NCBI GenBank assembly: GCA_964016885.1
Contig: OZ024744.1
Location: 106,950,001-107,014,000 of the forward strand
From: Eledone cirrhosa
Lineage: Eukaryota
Direction: 5' to 3'
Length of the DNA stretch: 64,000 bases
Part shown: in pieces, positions 10,737-24,821 of the stretch
How the letters are laid out: each line of letters opens with the position of its first letter
Numbering within the stretch: position 1 is the first letter of the stretch
The notes under the pieces: generated by a model
The model's database searches: none
What the model saw: the letters and a program-made list of their open reading frames with translations, nothing else
Told to the model about the DNA's origin: nothing
Program-made: the position numbers and the translations under genes

Positions 10737-13700
10737 AACACAGTGGCCATAGTAGCCAGAGATGTGGGTTTGTGTCCCATGTACCTCAATAGTCATCATA
10801 TTCTAGGGTGACATATTGGTGTAATGGTAACACAGTGGCCATAGTAGCGAGAGATGTGGGTTTGTGCCCCATGTACCTCAATAGTCATCATATTCTAGGG
10901 TGACATTGGTGTAATGGTAACACAGTGGCCATAGTAGCGAGAGATGTGGGTTTGTGCCCCATGTACCTCAATAGTCATCATATTCTAGGGTGACATTGGT
11001 GTAATGGTAACACAGTGGCCATAGTAGCGAGAGATGTGGGTTTGTGCCCCATGTACCTCAATAGTCATCATATTCTAGGGTGACATATTGGTGTAATGGT
11101 AACACAGTGGCCATAGTAGCCAGAGATGTGGGTTTGTGTCTCATGTACCTCAATACTCATATTCTAGGGTGACATATTGGTGTAATGGTAACACAGTGGC
11201 CATAGTAACCAGAGATGTGGGTTTGTGTCCTATGTACCTCAATAGTCATCATTTTCTAGGGTGACATATTGGTGTAGTGGTAACACAGTGGTCATAGTAG
11301 CCAGAGATGTGGGTTTGTGTCCCATGTACCTCAATACTCATCATTTTCTAGGGTGACATATTGGTGTAATGGTAACACAGTGACCATAGTAGCCAGAGAT
11401 GTGGGTTTGTGTCCCATGTACCTCAATAGTGATCATATTCTAGGGTGACATATTGGTGTAGTGGTAACACAGTGGCCATAGTAGCCAGAGATGTGGGTTT
11501 GTGCCCCATGTACCTCAATACTCATATTCTAGGGTGACATATTGGTGTAATGGTAACACAGTGGTCATAGTAGCCAGAGATGTGGGTTTGTGCCCCATGT
11601 ACCTCAATAGTCATCATTTTCTAGGGTGACATATTGGTGTAATGGTAACACAGTGGCCATAGTAGCCAGAGATGTGGGTTTGTGCCCCATGTACATCAAT
11701 ACTCATATTCTAGGGTGACATATTGGTGTAATGGTAACACAGTGGTCATAGTAGCCAGAGATGTGGGTTTGTGTCCCATGTACCTCAATAGTCATATTCT
11801 AGGGTGACATATTGGTGTAATGGTAACACAGTGGCCATAGTAGCGAGAGATGTGGGTTTGTGCCCCATGTACCTCAATAGTCATCATATTCTAGGGTGAC
11901 ATTGGTGTAATGGTAACACAGTGGCCATAGTAGCGAGAGATGTGGGTTTGTGCCCCATGTACCTCAATAGTCATCATATTCTAGGGTGACATATTGGTGT
12001 AATGGTAACACAGTGGCCATAGTAACCAGAGATGTGGGTTTGTGTCCTATGTACCTTAGAAGTCATTTTCTAGGGTGACATATTGGTGTAATGGTAACAC
12101 AGTGGCCATAGTAGCCAGAGATGTGGGTTTGTGCCCCATGTACCTCAATACTCATATTCTAGGGTGACATATTGGTGTAACGGTAACACAGTGGTCATAG
12201 TAGCCAGAGATGTGGGTTTGTGCCCCATGTACCTCAATAGTCATCATTTTCTAGGGTGACATATTGGTGTAATGGTAACACAGTGGCCATAGTAGCCAGA
12301 GATGTGGGTTTGTGCCCCATGTACCTCAATACTCATATTCTAGGGTGACATATTGGTGTAATGGTAACACAGTGGCCATAGTAGCCAGAGATGTGGGTTT
12401 GTGTCCCATGTACCTCAATAGTCATCATATTCTAGGGTGACATAGTGGTGTAATGGTAACACAGTGGTCATAGTAGCCAGAGATGTGGGTTTGTGTCCCA
12501 TGTACCTCAATACTCATCATTTTCTAGGGTGACATATTGGTGTAATGGTAACACAGTGGCCATAGTAGCCAGAGATGTGGGTTTGTGTCCCATGTACCTC
12601 AATACTCATCATATTCTAGGGTGACATATTGGTGTAATGGTAACACAGTGGCCATAGTAGCCAGAGATGTGGGTTTGTGCCCCATGTACCTCAATAGTCA
12701 TCATATTCTAGGGTGACATATTGGTGTAATGGTAACACAGTAGCCATAGTAACCAGAGATGTGGGTTTGTGCCCCATGTACCTCAATAGTCATCATTTTC
12801 TAGGGTGACATATTGGTGTAATGGTAACACAGTGGCCATAGTAGCCAGAGATGTGGGTTTGTGCCCCATGTACCTCAATAGTGATCGTATTCTAGGGTGA
12901 CATTGGTGTAATGGTAACACAGTGGCCATAGTAGCCAGAGATGTGGGTTTGTGCCCCATGTACCTCAATAGTCATCATATTCTAGGGTGACATTGGTGTA
13001 ATGGTAACACAGTGCCCATAGTAGCCAGAGATGTGGGTTTGTGTCCCATGTACCTCAATACTCATCATTTTCTAGGGTGACATATTGGTGTAATGGTAAC
13101 ACAGTGGCCATAGTAGCGAGAGATGTGGGTTTGTGTCCCATGTACCTCAATACTCATCATTTTCTAGGGTGACATATTGGTGTAATGGTAACACAGTGGT
13201 CATAGTAGCCAGAGATGTGGGTTTGTGCCCCATGTACCTCAATAGTCATCATATTCTAGGGTGACATATTGGTGTAATGGTAACACAGTGGCCATAGTAG
13301 CGAGAGATGTGGGTTTGTGTCCCATGTACCTCAATAGTCATCATTTTCTAGGGTGACATATTGGTGTAATGGTAACACAGTGGCCATAGTAGCCAGAGAT
13401 GTGGGTTTGTGTCCCATGTACCTCAATACTCATCATATTCTAGGGTGACATATTGGTGTAATGGTAACACAGTGGCCATAGTAGCCAGAGATGTGGGTTT
13501 GTGCCCCATGTACCTCAATACTCATATTCTAGGGTGACATATTGGTGTAATGGTAACACAGTGGCCATAGTAGCTAGAGATGTGGGTTTGTGTCCCATGT
13601 ACCTCAATACTCATCATATTCTAGGGTGACATATTGGTGTAATGGTAACACAGTGGCCATAGTAGCCAGAGATGTGGGTTTGTGTCCCATGTACCTCAAT

Positions 13701-16700
13701 ACTCATCATTTTCTAGGGTGACATATTGGTGTAATGGTAACACAGTGGTCATAGTAGCCAGAAATGTGGGTTTGTGTCCCATGTACCTCAATACTCATCA
13801 TTTTCTAGGGTGACATATTGGTGTAATGGTAACACAGTGGCCATAGTAGCTAGAGATGTGGGTTTGTGTCCCATGTACCTCAATACTCATCATTTTCTAG
13901 GGTGACATATTGGTGTAGTGGTAACACAGTGGCCATAGTAGCCAGAGATGTGGGTTTGTGTCTCATGTACCTCAATACTCATATTCTAGGGTGACATATT
14001 GGTGTAATGGTAACACAGTGGCCATAGTAGCCAGAGATGTGGGTTTGTGTCCCATGTACCTCAATAGTCATCATTTTCTAGGGTGACATATTGGTGTAAT
14101 GGTAACACAGTGGCCATAGTAGCCAGAGATGTGGGTTTGTGTTCCATGTACCTCAATAGTCATCATTTTCTAGGGTGACATATTGGTGTAATGGTAACAC
14201 AGTGGCCATAGTAGCCAGAGATGTGGGTTTGTGATCCATGTACCTCAATAGTCATCATTTTCTAGGGTGACATATTGGTGTAATGGTAACACAGTGGCCA
14301 TAGTAGCGAGAGATGTGGGTTTGTGCCCCATGTACCTCAATACTCATATTCTAGGGTGACATATTGGTGTAATGGTAACACAGTGGCCATAGTAACCAGA
14401 GATGTGGGTTTGTGTCCTATGTACCTCAATACTCATATTCTAGGGTGACATATTGGTGTAATGGTAACACAGTGGCCATAGTAACCAGAGATGTGGGTTT
14501 GTGTCCTATGTACCTCAATACTCATATTCTAGGGTGACATATTGGTGTAATGGTAACACAGTGGCCATAGTAACCAGAGATGTGGGTTTGTGCCCCATGT
14601 ACCTCAATAGTCATCATTTTCTAGGGTGACATATTGGTGTAATGGTAACACAGTGGCCATAGTAGCGAGAGATGTGGGTTTGTGCCCCATGTACCTCAAT
14701 ACTCATATTCTAGGGTGACATATTGGTGTAATGGTAACACAGTGGCCATAGTAACCAGAGATGTGGGTTTGTGTCCTATGTACCTCAATACTCATATTCT
14801 AGGGTGACATATTGGTGTAATGGTAACACAGTGGCCATAGTAGCCAGAGATGTGGGTTTGTGCCCCATGTACATCAATACTCATATTCTAGGGTGACATA
14901 TTGGTGTAATGGTAACACAGTGGCCATAGTAGCCAGAGATGTGGGTTTGTGTCCCATGTACCTCAATAGTCATATTCTAGGGTGACATATTGGTGTAATG
15001 GTAACACAGTGGCCATAGTAGCGAGAGATGTGGGTTTGTGCCCCATGTACCTCAATAGTCATCATATTCTAGGGTGACATTGGTGTAATGGTAACACAGT
15101 GGCCATAGTAGCGAGAGATGTGGGTTTGTGCCCCATGTACCTCAATAGTCATCATATTCTAGGGTGACATATTGGTGTAATGGTAACACAGTGGCCATAG
15201 TAACCAGAGATGTGGGTTTGTGTCCTATGTACCTTAGAAGTCATTTTCTAGGGTGACATATTGGTGTAATGGTAACACAGTGGCCATAGTAGCCAGAGAT
15301 GTGGGTTTGTGCCCCATGTACCTCAATACTCATATTCTAGGGTGACATATTGGTGTAATGGTAACACAGTGGTCATAGTAGCCAGAGATGTGGGTTTGTG
15401 CCCCATGTACCTCAATAGTCATCATTTTCTAGGGTGACATATTGGTGTAATGGTAACACAGTGGCCATAGTAGCCAGAGATGTGGGTTTGTGCCCCATGT
15501 ACCTCAATACTCATATTCTAGGGTGACATATTGGTGTAATGGTAACACAGTGGCCATAGTAGCCAGAGATGTGGGTTTGTGTCCCATGTACCTCAATAGT
15601 CATCATATTCTAGGGTGACATAGTGGTGTAATGGTAACACAGTGGTCATAGTAGCCAGAGATGTGGGTTTGTGTCCCATGTACCTCAACACTCATCATTT
15701 TCTAGGGTGACATATTGGTGTAATGGTAACACAGTGGCCATAGTAGCCAGAGATGTGGGTTTGTGTCCCATGTACCTCAATACTCATCATATTCTAGGGT
15801 GACATATTGGTGTAATGGTAACACAGTGGCCATAGTAGCCAGAGATGTGGGTTTGTGCCCCATGTACCTCAATAGTCATCATATTCTAGGGTGACATATT
15901 GGTGTAATGGTAACACAGTAGCCATAGTAACCAGAGATGTGGGTTTGTGCCCCATGTACCTCAATAGTCATCATTTTCTAGGGTGACATATTGGTGTAAT
16001 GGTAACACAGTGGCCATAGTAGCCAGAGATGTGGGTTTGTGCCCCATGTACCTCAATAGTGATCGTATTCTAGGGTGACATTGGTGTAATGGTAACACAG
16101 TGGCCATAGTAGCCAGAGATGTGGGTTTGTGCCCCATGTACCTCAATAGTCATCATATTCTAGGGTGACATTGGTGTAATGGTAACACAGTGGCCATAGT
16201 AGCCAGAGATGTGGGTTTGTGTCCCATGTACCTCAATACTCATCATTTTCTAGGGTGACATATTGGTGTAATGGTAACACAGTGGCCATAGTAGCGAGAG
16301 ATGTGGGTTTGTGTCCCATGTACCTCAATACTCATCATTTTCTAGGGTGACATATTGGTGTAATGGTAACACAGTGGTCATAGTAGCCAGAGATGTGGGT
16401 TTGTGCCCCATGTACCTCAATAGTCATCATATTCTAGGGTGACATATTGGTGTAATGGTAACACAGTGGCCATAGTAGCGAGAGATGTGGGTTTGTGTCC
16501 CATGTACCTCAATAGTCATCATTTTCTAGGGTGACATATTGGTGTAATGGTAACACAGTGGCCATAGTAGCCAGAGATGTGGGTTTGTGTCCCATGTACC
16601 TCAATACTCATCATATTCTAGGGTGACATATTGGTGTAATGGTAACACAGTGGCCATAGTAGCCAGAGATGTGGGTTTGTGCCCCATGTACCTCAATACT

Positions 16701-19700
16701 CATATTCTAGGGTGACATATTGGTGTAATGGTAACACAGTGGCCATAGTAGCTAGAGATGTGGGTTTGTGTCCCATGTACCTCAATACTCATCATATTCT
16801 AGGGTGACATATTGGTGTAATGGTAACACAGTGGCCATAGTAGCCAGAGATGTGGGTTTGTGTCCCATGTACCTCAATACTCATCATTTTCTAGGGTGAC
16901 ATATTGGTGTAATGGTAACACAGTGGTCATAGTAGCCAGAAATGTGGGTTTGTGTCCCATGTACCTCAATACTCATCATTTTCTAGGGTGACATATTGGT
17001 GTAATGGTAACACAGTGGCCATAGTAGCTAGAGATGTGGGTTTGTGTCCCATGTACCTCAATACTCATCATTTTCTAGGGTGACATATTGGTGTAGTGGT
17101 AACACAGTGGCCATAGTAGCCAGAGATGTGGGTTTGTGTCTCATGTACCTCAATACTCATATTCTAGGGTGACATATTGGTGTAATGGTAACACAGTGGC
17201 CATAGTAGCCAGAGATGTGGGTTTGTGTCCCATGTACCTCAATAGTCATCATTTTCTAGGGTGACATATTGGTGTAATGGTAACACAGTGGCCATAGTAG
17301 CCAGAGATGTGGGTTTGTGTCCCATGTACCTCAATAGTCATCATTTTCTAGGGTGACATATTGGTGTAATGGTAACACAGTGGCCATAGTAGCCAGAGAT
17401 GTGGGTTTGTGTCCCATGTACCTCAATAGTCATCATTTTCTAGGGTGACATATTGGTGTAATGGTAACACAGTGGCCATAGTAGCGAGAGATGTGGGTTT
17501 GTGCCCCATGTACCTCAATACTCATATTCTAGGGTGACATATTGGTGTAATGGTAACACAGTGGCCATAGTAACCAGAGATGTGGGTTTGTGTCCTATGT
17601 ACCTCAATACTCATATTCTAGGGTGACATATTGGTGTAATGGTAACACAGTGGCCATAGTAACCAGAGATGTGGGTTTGTGTCCTATGTACCTCAATACT
17701 CATATTCTAGGGTGACATATTGGTGTAATGGTAACACAGTGGCCATAGTAACCAGAGATGTGGGTTTGTGCCCCATGTACCTCAATAGTCATCATTTTCT
17801 AGGGTGACATATTGGTGTAATGGTAACACAGTGGCCATAGTAGCGAGAGATGTGGGTTTGTGCCCCATGTACCTCAATACTCATATTCTAGGGTGACATA
17901 TTGGTGTAATGGTAACACAGTGGCCATAGTAACCAGAGATGTGGGTTTGTGTCCTATGTACCTCAATACTCATATTCTAGGGTGACATATTGGTGTAATG
18001 GTAACACAGTGGCCATAGTAACCAGAGATGTGGGTTTGTGTCCTATGTACCTCAATACTCATATTCTAGGGTGACATATTGGTGTAATGGTAACACAGTG
18101 GACATAGTAACCAGAGATGTGGGTTTGTGCCCCATGTACCTCAATACTCATCATATTCTAGGGTGACATATTGGTGTAATGGTAACACAGTGGTCATAGT
18201 AGCCAGAGATGTGGGTTTGTGCCCCATGTACCTCAATACTCATCATATTCTAGGGTGACATATTGGTGTAATGGTAACACAGTGGCCATAGTAACCAGAG
18301 ATGTGGGTTTGTGTCCCATGTACCTCAATACTCATATTCTAGGGTGACATATTGGTGTAATGGTAACACAGTGGTCATAGTAGCCAGAGATGTGGGTTTG
18401 TGCCCCATGTACCTCAATACTCATCATATTCTAGTGTGACATATTGGTGTAATGGTAACACAGTGGCCATAGTAGCGAGAGATGTGGGTTTGTGTCCCAT
18501 GTACCTCAATAGTCATCATTTTCTAGGGTGACATATTGGTGTAATGGTAACACAGTGGTCATAGTAGCGAGAGATGTGGGTTTGTGTCCCATGTACCTCA
18601 ATAGTCATCATTTTCTAGGGTGACATATTGGTGTAATGGTAACACAGTGGCCATAGTAGCCAGAGATGTGGGTTTGTGCCCCATGTACCTCAATACTCAT
18701 ATTCTAGGGTGACATATTGGTGTAATGGTAACACAGTGGCCATAGTAGCGAGAGATGTGGGTTTGTGCCCCATGTACCTCAATACTCATCATTTTCTAGG
18801 GTGATATATTGGTGTAATGGTAACACAGTGGCCATAGTAGCCAGAGATGTGGGTTTGTGCCCCATGTACCTCAATAGTCATCATATTCTAGGGTGACATA
18901 TTGGTGTAAAGGTAACACAGTGGCCATAGTAACCAGAGATGTGGGTTTGTGTCTCATGTACCTCAATACTCATATTCTAGGGTGACATATTGGTGTAATG
19001 GTAACACAGTGGCCATAGTAGCCAGAGATGTGGGTTTGTGTCCCATGTACCTCAATAGTCATCATTTTCTAGGGTGACATATTGGTGTAATGATAACACA
19101 GTGGTCATAGTAGCCAGAGATGTGGGTTTGTGTCCCATGTACCTCAATAGTCATCATTTTCTAGGGTGACATATTGGTGTAATGATAACACAGTGGTCAT
19201 AGTAGCCAGAGATGTGGGTTTGTGTCTCATGTACCTCAATACTCATATTCTAGGGTGACATATTGGTGTAATGGTAACACAGTGGCCATAGTAGCCAGAG
19301 ATGTGGGTTTGTGTCCCATGTACCTCAATAGTCATCATTTTCTAGGGTGACATATTGGTGTAATGATAACACAGTGGTCATAGTAGCCAGAGATGTGGGT
19401 TTGTGTCCCATGTACCTCAATAGTCATCATTTTCTAGGGTGCCATATTGGTGTAATGATAACACAGTGGTCATAGTAGCCAGAGATGTGGGTTTGTGTCT
19501 CATGTACCTCAATACTCATATTCTAGGGTGACATATTGGTGTAATGGTAACACAGTGGCCATAGTAGCCAGAGATGTGGGTTTGTGTCCCATGTACCTCA
19601 ATAGTCATCATTTTCTAGGGTGACATATTGGTGTAATGATAACACAGTGGTCATAGTAGCCAGAGATGTGGGTTTGTGTCCCATGTACCTCAATAGTCAT

Positions 19701-22700
19701 CATTTTCTAGGGTGACATATTGGTGTAATGGTAACACAGTGGCCATAGTAACCAGAGATGTGGGTTTGTGCCCCATGTACCTCAATACTCATCATTTTCT
19801 AGGGTGACATATTGGTGTAATGGTAACACAGTGGTCATGGTAGCGAGAGATGTGGGTTTGTGTCCCATGTACCTCAATAGTCATCATATTCTAGGGTGAC
19901 ATATTGGTGTAATGATAACACAGTGGTCATAGTAGCCAGAGATGTGGGTTTGTGTCCCATGTACCTCAATAGTCATCATTTTCTAGGGTGACATATTGGT
20001 GTAATGGTAACACAGTGGCCATAGTAACCAGAGATGTGGGTTTGTGCCCCATGTACCTCAATACTCATCATTTTCTAGGGTGACATATTGGTGTAATGGT
20101 AACACAGTGGCCATAGTAGCCAGAGATGTGGGTTTGTGCCTCATGTACCTCAATACTCATCATATTCTAGGGTGACATATTGGTGTAATGGTAACACAGT
20201 GGCCATAGTAACCAGAGATGTGGGTTTGTGCCCCATGTACCTCAATACTCATCATTTTCTAGGGTGACATATTGGTGTAATGGTAACACAGTGGCCATAG
20301 TAGCGAGAGATGTGGGTTTGTGCCCCATGTACCTCAATAGTCATCATTTTCTAGGGTGACATATTGGTGTAATGGTAACACAGTGGTCATAGTAACCAGA
20401 GATGTGGGTTTGTGCCCCATGTACCTCAATAGTCATCATATTCTAGGGTGACATATTGGTGTAGTGGTAACACAGTGGCCATAGTAGCCAGAGATGTGGG
20501 TTTGTGTCTCATGTACCTCAATAGTCATCGTATTCTAGGGTGACATATTGGTGTAATGGTAACACAGTGGCCATAGTAGCCAGAGATGTGGGTTTGTGTC
20601 CTATGTACCTCAATAGTCATCATTTTCTAGGGTGACATATTGGTGTAATGGTAACACAGTGGCCATAGTAGCGAGAGATGTGGGTTTGTGTCCCATGTAC
20701 CTCAATAGTCATCATATTCTAGGGTGACATATTGGTGTAGTGGTAACACAGTGGCCATAGTAGCCAGAGATGTGGGTTTGTGCCCCATGTGCCTCAATAC
20801 TCGTATTCTAGGGTGACATATTGGTGTAATGGTAACACAGTGGTCATAGTAGCGAGAGATGTGGGTTTGTGTCCCATGTACCTCAATAGTCATCATTTTC
20901 TAGGGTGACATATTGGTGTAATGGTAACACAGTGGCCATAGTAGCCAGAGATGTGGGTTTGTGCCCCATGTACCTCAATACTCATCATTTTCTAGGGTGA
21001 CATATTGGTGTAATGGTAACACAGTGGCCATAGTAGCCAGAGATGTGGGTTTGTGCCCCATGTACCTCAATACTCATCATATTCTAGGGTGACATATTGG
21101 TGTAGTGGTAACACAGTGGCCATAGTAGCCAGAGATGTGGGTTTGTGCCCATGTACCTCAATAGTCATCATATTCTAGGGTGACATATTGGTGTAATGGT
21201 AACACAGTGGCCATAGTAGCCAGAGATGTGGGTTTGTGCCCCATGTGCCTCGATACTCATCATTTTCTAGGGTGACATATTGGTGTAATGGTAACACAGC
21301 GGTCATAGTAGCCAGAGATGTGGGTTTGTGCCCCATGTGCCTCAATACTCATCATTTTCTAGGGTGACATATTGGTGTAATGGTAACACAGTGGCCATAG
21401 TAGCCAGAGATGTGGGTTTGTGCCCCATGTGCCTCAATACTCATCATTTTCTAGGGTGACATATTGGTGTAATGGTAACTCAGCGGTCATAGTAGCCAGA
21501 GATGTGGGTTTGTGCCCCATGTGCCTCAATACTCATCATATTCAAGGGTGACATATTAGTGTAATGGTAACACAGTGGTCATAGTAGCCAGAGATGTGGG
21601 TTTGTGTCCCATGTACCTCAATACTCATCATTTTCTAGGGTGACATATTGGTGTAATGGTAACACAGTGGCCATAGTAGCCAGAGATGTGGGTTTGTGCC
21701 CCATGTACATCAATACTCATATTCTAGGGTGACATATTGGTGTAATGGTAACACAGTGGTCATAGTAGCCAGAGATGTGGGTTTGTGTCCCATGTACCTC
21801 AATACTCATCATATTCTAGGGTGACATATTGGTGTAATGGTAACACAGTGGCCATAGTAGCCAGAGATGTGGGTTTGTGCCCCATGTGCCTCAATACTCA
21901 TCATTTTCTAGGGTGACATATTGGTGTAATGGTAACACAGTGGCCATAGTAACCAGAGATGTGGGTTTGTGTCCCATGTACCTCAATACTCATCATATTC
22001 TAGGGTGACATATTGGTGTAATGGTAACACAGTGGTCATAGTAGCCAGAGATGTGGGTTTGTGCCCCATGTACCTCAATAGTCATCATTTTCTAGGGTGA
22101 CATATTGGTGTAATGGTAACACAGTGGCTATAGTAGCCAGAGATGTGGGTTTGTGTCCCATGTACCTCAATACTCATCATATTCTAGGGTGACATATTGG
22201 TGTAATGGTAACACAGTGGTCATAGTAGCCAGAGATGTGGGTTTGTGCCCCATGTACCTCAATAGTCATCATTTTCTAGGGTGACATATTGGTGTAATGG
22301 TAACACAGTGGTCATAGTAGCCAGAGATGTGGGTTTGTGCCCCATGTACCTCAATAGTCATCATTTTCTAGGGTGACATATTGGTGTAATGGTAACACAG
22401 TGGCCATAGTAGCCAGAGATGTGGGTTTGTGCCCCATGTACCTCAATACTCATCATTTTCTAGGGTGACATATTGGTGTAATGGTAACACAGTGGTCATA
22501 GTAGCCAGAGATGTGGGTTTGTGTCCCATGTACCTCAATAGTCATCATTTTCTAGGGTGACATATTGGTGTAATGGTAACACAGTGGCCATAGTAGCCAG
22601 AGATGTGGGTTTGTGTCCCATGTACCTCAATAGTGATCATATTCTAGGGTGACATATTGGTGTAATGGTAACACAGTGGTCATAGTAGCCAGAGATGTGG

Positions 22701-23189
22701 GTTTGTGTCCCATGTACCTCAATACTCATCATTTTCTAGGGTGACATTGGTGTAATGGTAATACAGTGGCCATAGTAGCCAGAGATGTGGGTTTGTGCCC
22801 CATGTACCTCAATACTCATCATTTTCTAGGGTGACATATTGGTGTAATGGTAACACAGTGGCCATAGTAACCAGAGATGTGGGTTTGTGTCCCATGTACC
22901 TCAATGGTCATCATATTCTAGGGTGACATATTGGTGTAATGGTAACACAGTGGCCATAGTAGCCAGAGATGTGGGTTTGTGTCCCATGTACCTCAATAGT
23001 CATCATTTTCTCGGGTGACATATTGGTGTAATGGTAACACAGTGGCCATAGTAGCCAGAGATGTGGGTTTGTGTCCCATGTACCTCAATAGTCATCATTT
23101 TCTCGGGTGACATATTGGTGTAATGGTAACACAGTAGCCATAGTAGCCAGAGATGTGGGTTTGTGCCTCATGTACCTCAATACTCATCC
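10737..23189 (+). repeat. 89-92 bp satellite, about 137 monomers, tRNA-like monomer
   Basis: Consensus ctagggtgacatattggtgtaatggtaacacagtggccatagtagccagagatgtgggtttgtgtcccatgtacctcaata(g/c)tcatcat(a/t)tt. Confidence 0.97.
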
Positions 23190-23352
23190 TTTTTCCATTT
23201 CTGTGGGTTTTTATAACTCCAAATTATTAAGCTAATTTAATCAGTCAAAAATACAACGGAGCCACTACTTTCACTATCTAGTTTTCAAATTCTCTGCTGT
23301 TTGTAAAAAAAGGTGAAAAAGCTTTCTTTCTTATATATATACATATATATAT

Positions 23353-23404
<52 letters not shown>

Positions 23405-23407
23405 ATA

Positions 23408-23800
23408 AAGGTTGTGAGTTCAATTCTCAGACCGGGTGATGTGTTGTTTCTTTGAGCAAGATACTTTATTTCACACTGCTCCTGTTTACTCAGCTGTAGA
23501 AATGAGATGATAGGGACTGGGGTCCCTATCATTCCACTGCAAAGTGGACGTGGAGGTGCCACGGCAAAAAAGCACCCAGCACACACTGCAAAGTGGACGT
23601 GGAGGTGCCACGGCAAAAAAGCACCCAGCACACACTGTAAAGTGGATGTGTAGGCGCCACGGCAAAAAAAGGCACCCAGCACTCACTGTAAATGAGGTTT
23701 GTGTTAGGAAGGGCATCCAGCTGTAGAAATCAAGCCAGAATCAGTTCCAGTCCCACCCTTGCAAGCAGGGAAAAGTGGACATAAAATGATGATGATGATG
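23408..23800 (+). mobile_element. SINE family A, 5' truncated, with an internal 49-bp triplication
   Basis: Begins near the B box; cactgcaaagtggacgtggaggtgccacggcaaaaaagcacccagcaca repeats at 23535, 23584 and 23633. Confidence 0.9.
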
Positions 23801-24037
23801 TGTGTGTGTGTGTAATATTATGTGATGTAATATTATGAAAGCACTTGATGTTAAGCAACTCATCCATACTTGCTGTTGAAGCATGTTGGAGGTACGGGAA
23901 CGGATTTGAATTATATAATAGGCTAAAATGACAGTAGGCCAGACAGGTTGTATTTCTTTGAATTTTATTACTAAAACACAGTGCTTATAGTAATAAAATA
24001 CAACCTGTCTGGCCTGTCATTTGACCCTATAATATCT

Positions 24038-24381
24038 ATCATCATCATCATCATCATTTTACGTCCGCTTCTTCCCTGCTTGCAAGGGTGGGACGGGAAC
24101 TGATTCTGGCTTGATTTCTACAGCTGGATGCCCTTCCTAACACCAACCTCATTTACAGTGAGTGGTCGGTGCTTTTTGCCATGGCACCTCTACGACTACT
24201 TTACAGTGGAATGATAGGGACCCCAGTCCCTATCATCTCATTTCTACAGCTGAGTAAACTGGAGCAATGTGAAATAAAGTGTCTTGCTCAAGGAAACAAC
24301 ACATCACCCGGTCTGAGAATTGAACTCACAACCTTTCGATTGCAAGGCCAATGCTCTAACCACTAAGCCATGTACCTCCAT
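24038..24381 (-). mobile_element. Full-length SINE family A
   Basis: Reverse complement of 10132-10478. Confidence 0.9.
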
Positions 24382-24704
24382 GTAAGATAATATCTATATA
24401 TCTGTATAGATATATATATATAGTAGAATAATCGGGTATCGAAAAATCGGCACACGAGTTCACGATAAACAAAATTCGAAATGAGCGGCAGAGGGCTCAA
24501 TAATTCAGATAAATCAGAGCTATAACTATCGTTAAAATACCGACACACATAGAACATGTCTAAAATCAACCATACGACCGAAAAATTACGATCTGGAAAA
24601 TTCGGGACACTCAGATAAAATATCAATAAATCAATAAATCAAATGAATGTAAAAAGCATACCCGGACCCGCTAGAAAGATGGTAAATCTAGCTTCTTGGG
24701 TTTC

Positions 24705-24821
24705 TAGGAATGAGTAGGACCCCGATGGCTGAGCTCAAGCCGTTTCAACGGCTAATTCTGGACTCCAGAGTTAGCCGTCGAAACGGCTTTAGCTCAGCCG
24801 TCGGGGTCCTACTCGTTCCTA
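24705..24821. repeat. 58-bp-arm palindrome carrying the hammerhead 3' half
   Basis: Centre at 24763; the right arm has GAAAC-GGCT-ttagctc-AGCC-GTC (24780-24802). Confidence 0.85.

Noticed and set aside
10737-23189. CRISPR array or functional tRNA gene cluster
   Set aside because: No unique spacers or cas genes in a eukaryotic intron. As tRNA, the units lack U33, C56 and A58 and have an irregular acceptor stem.
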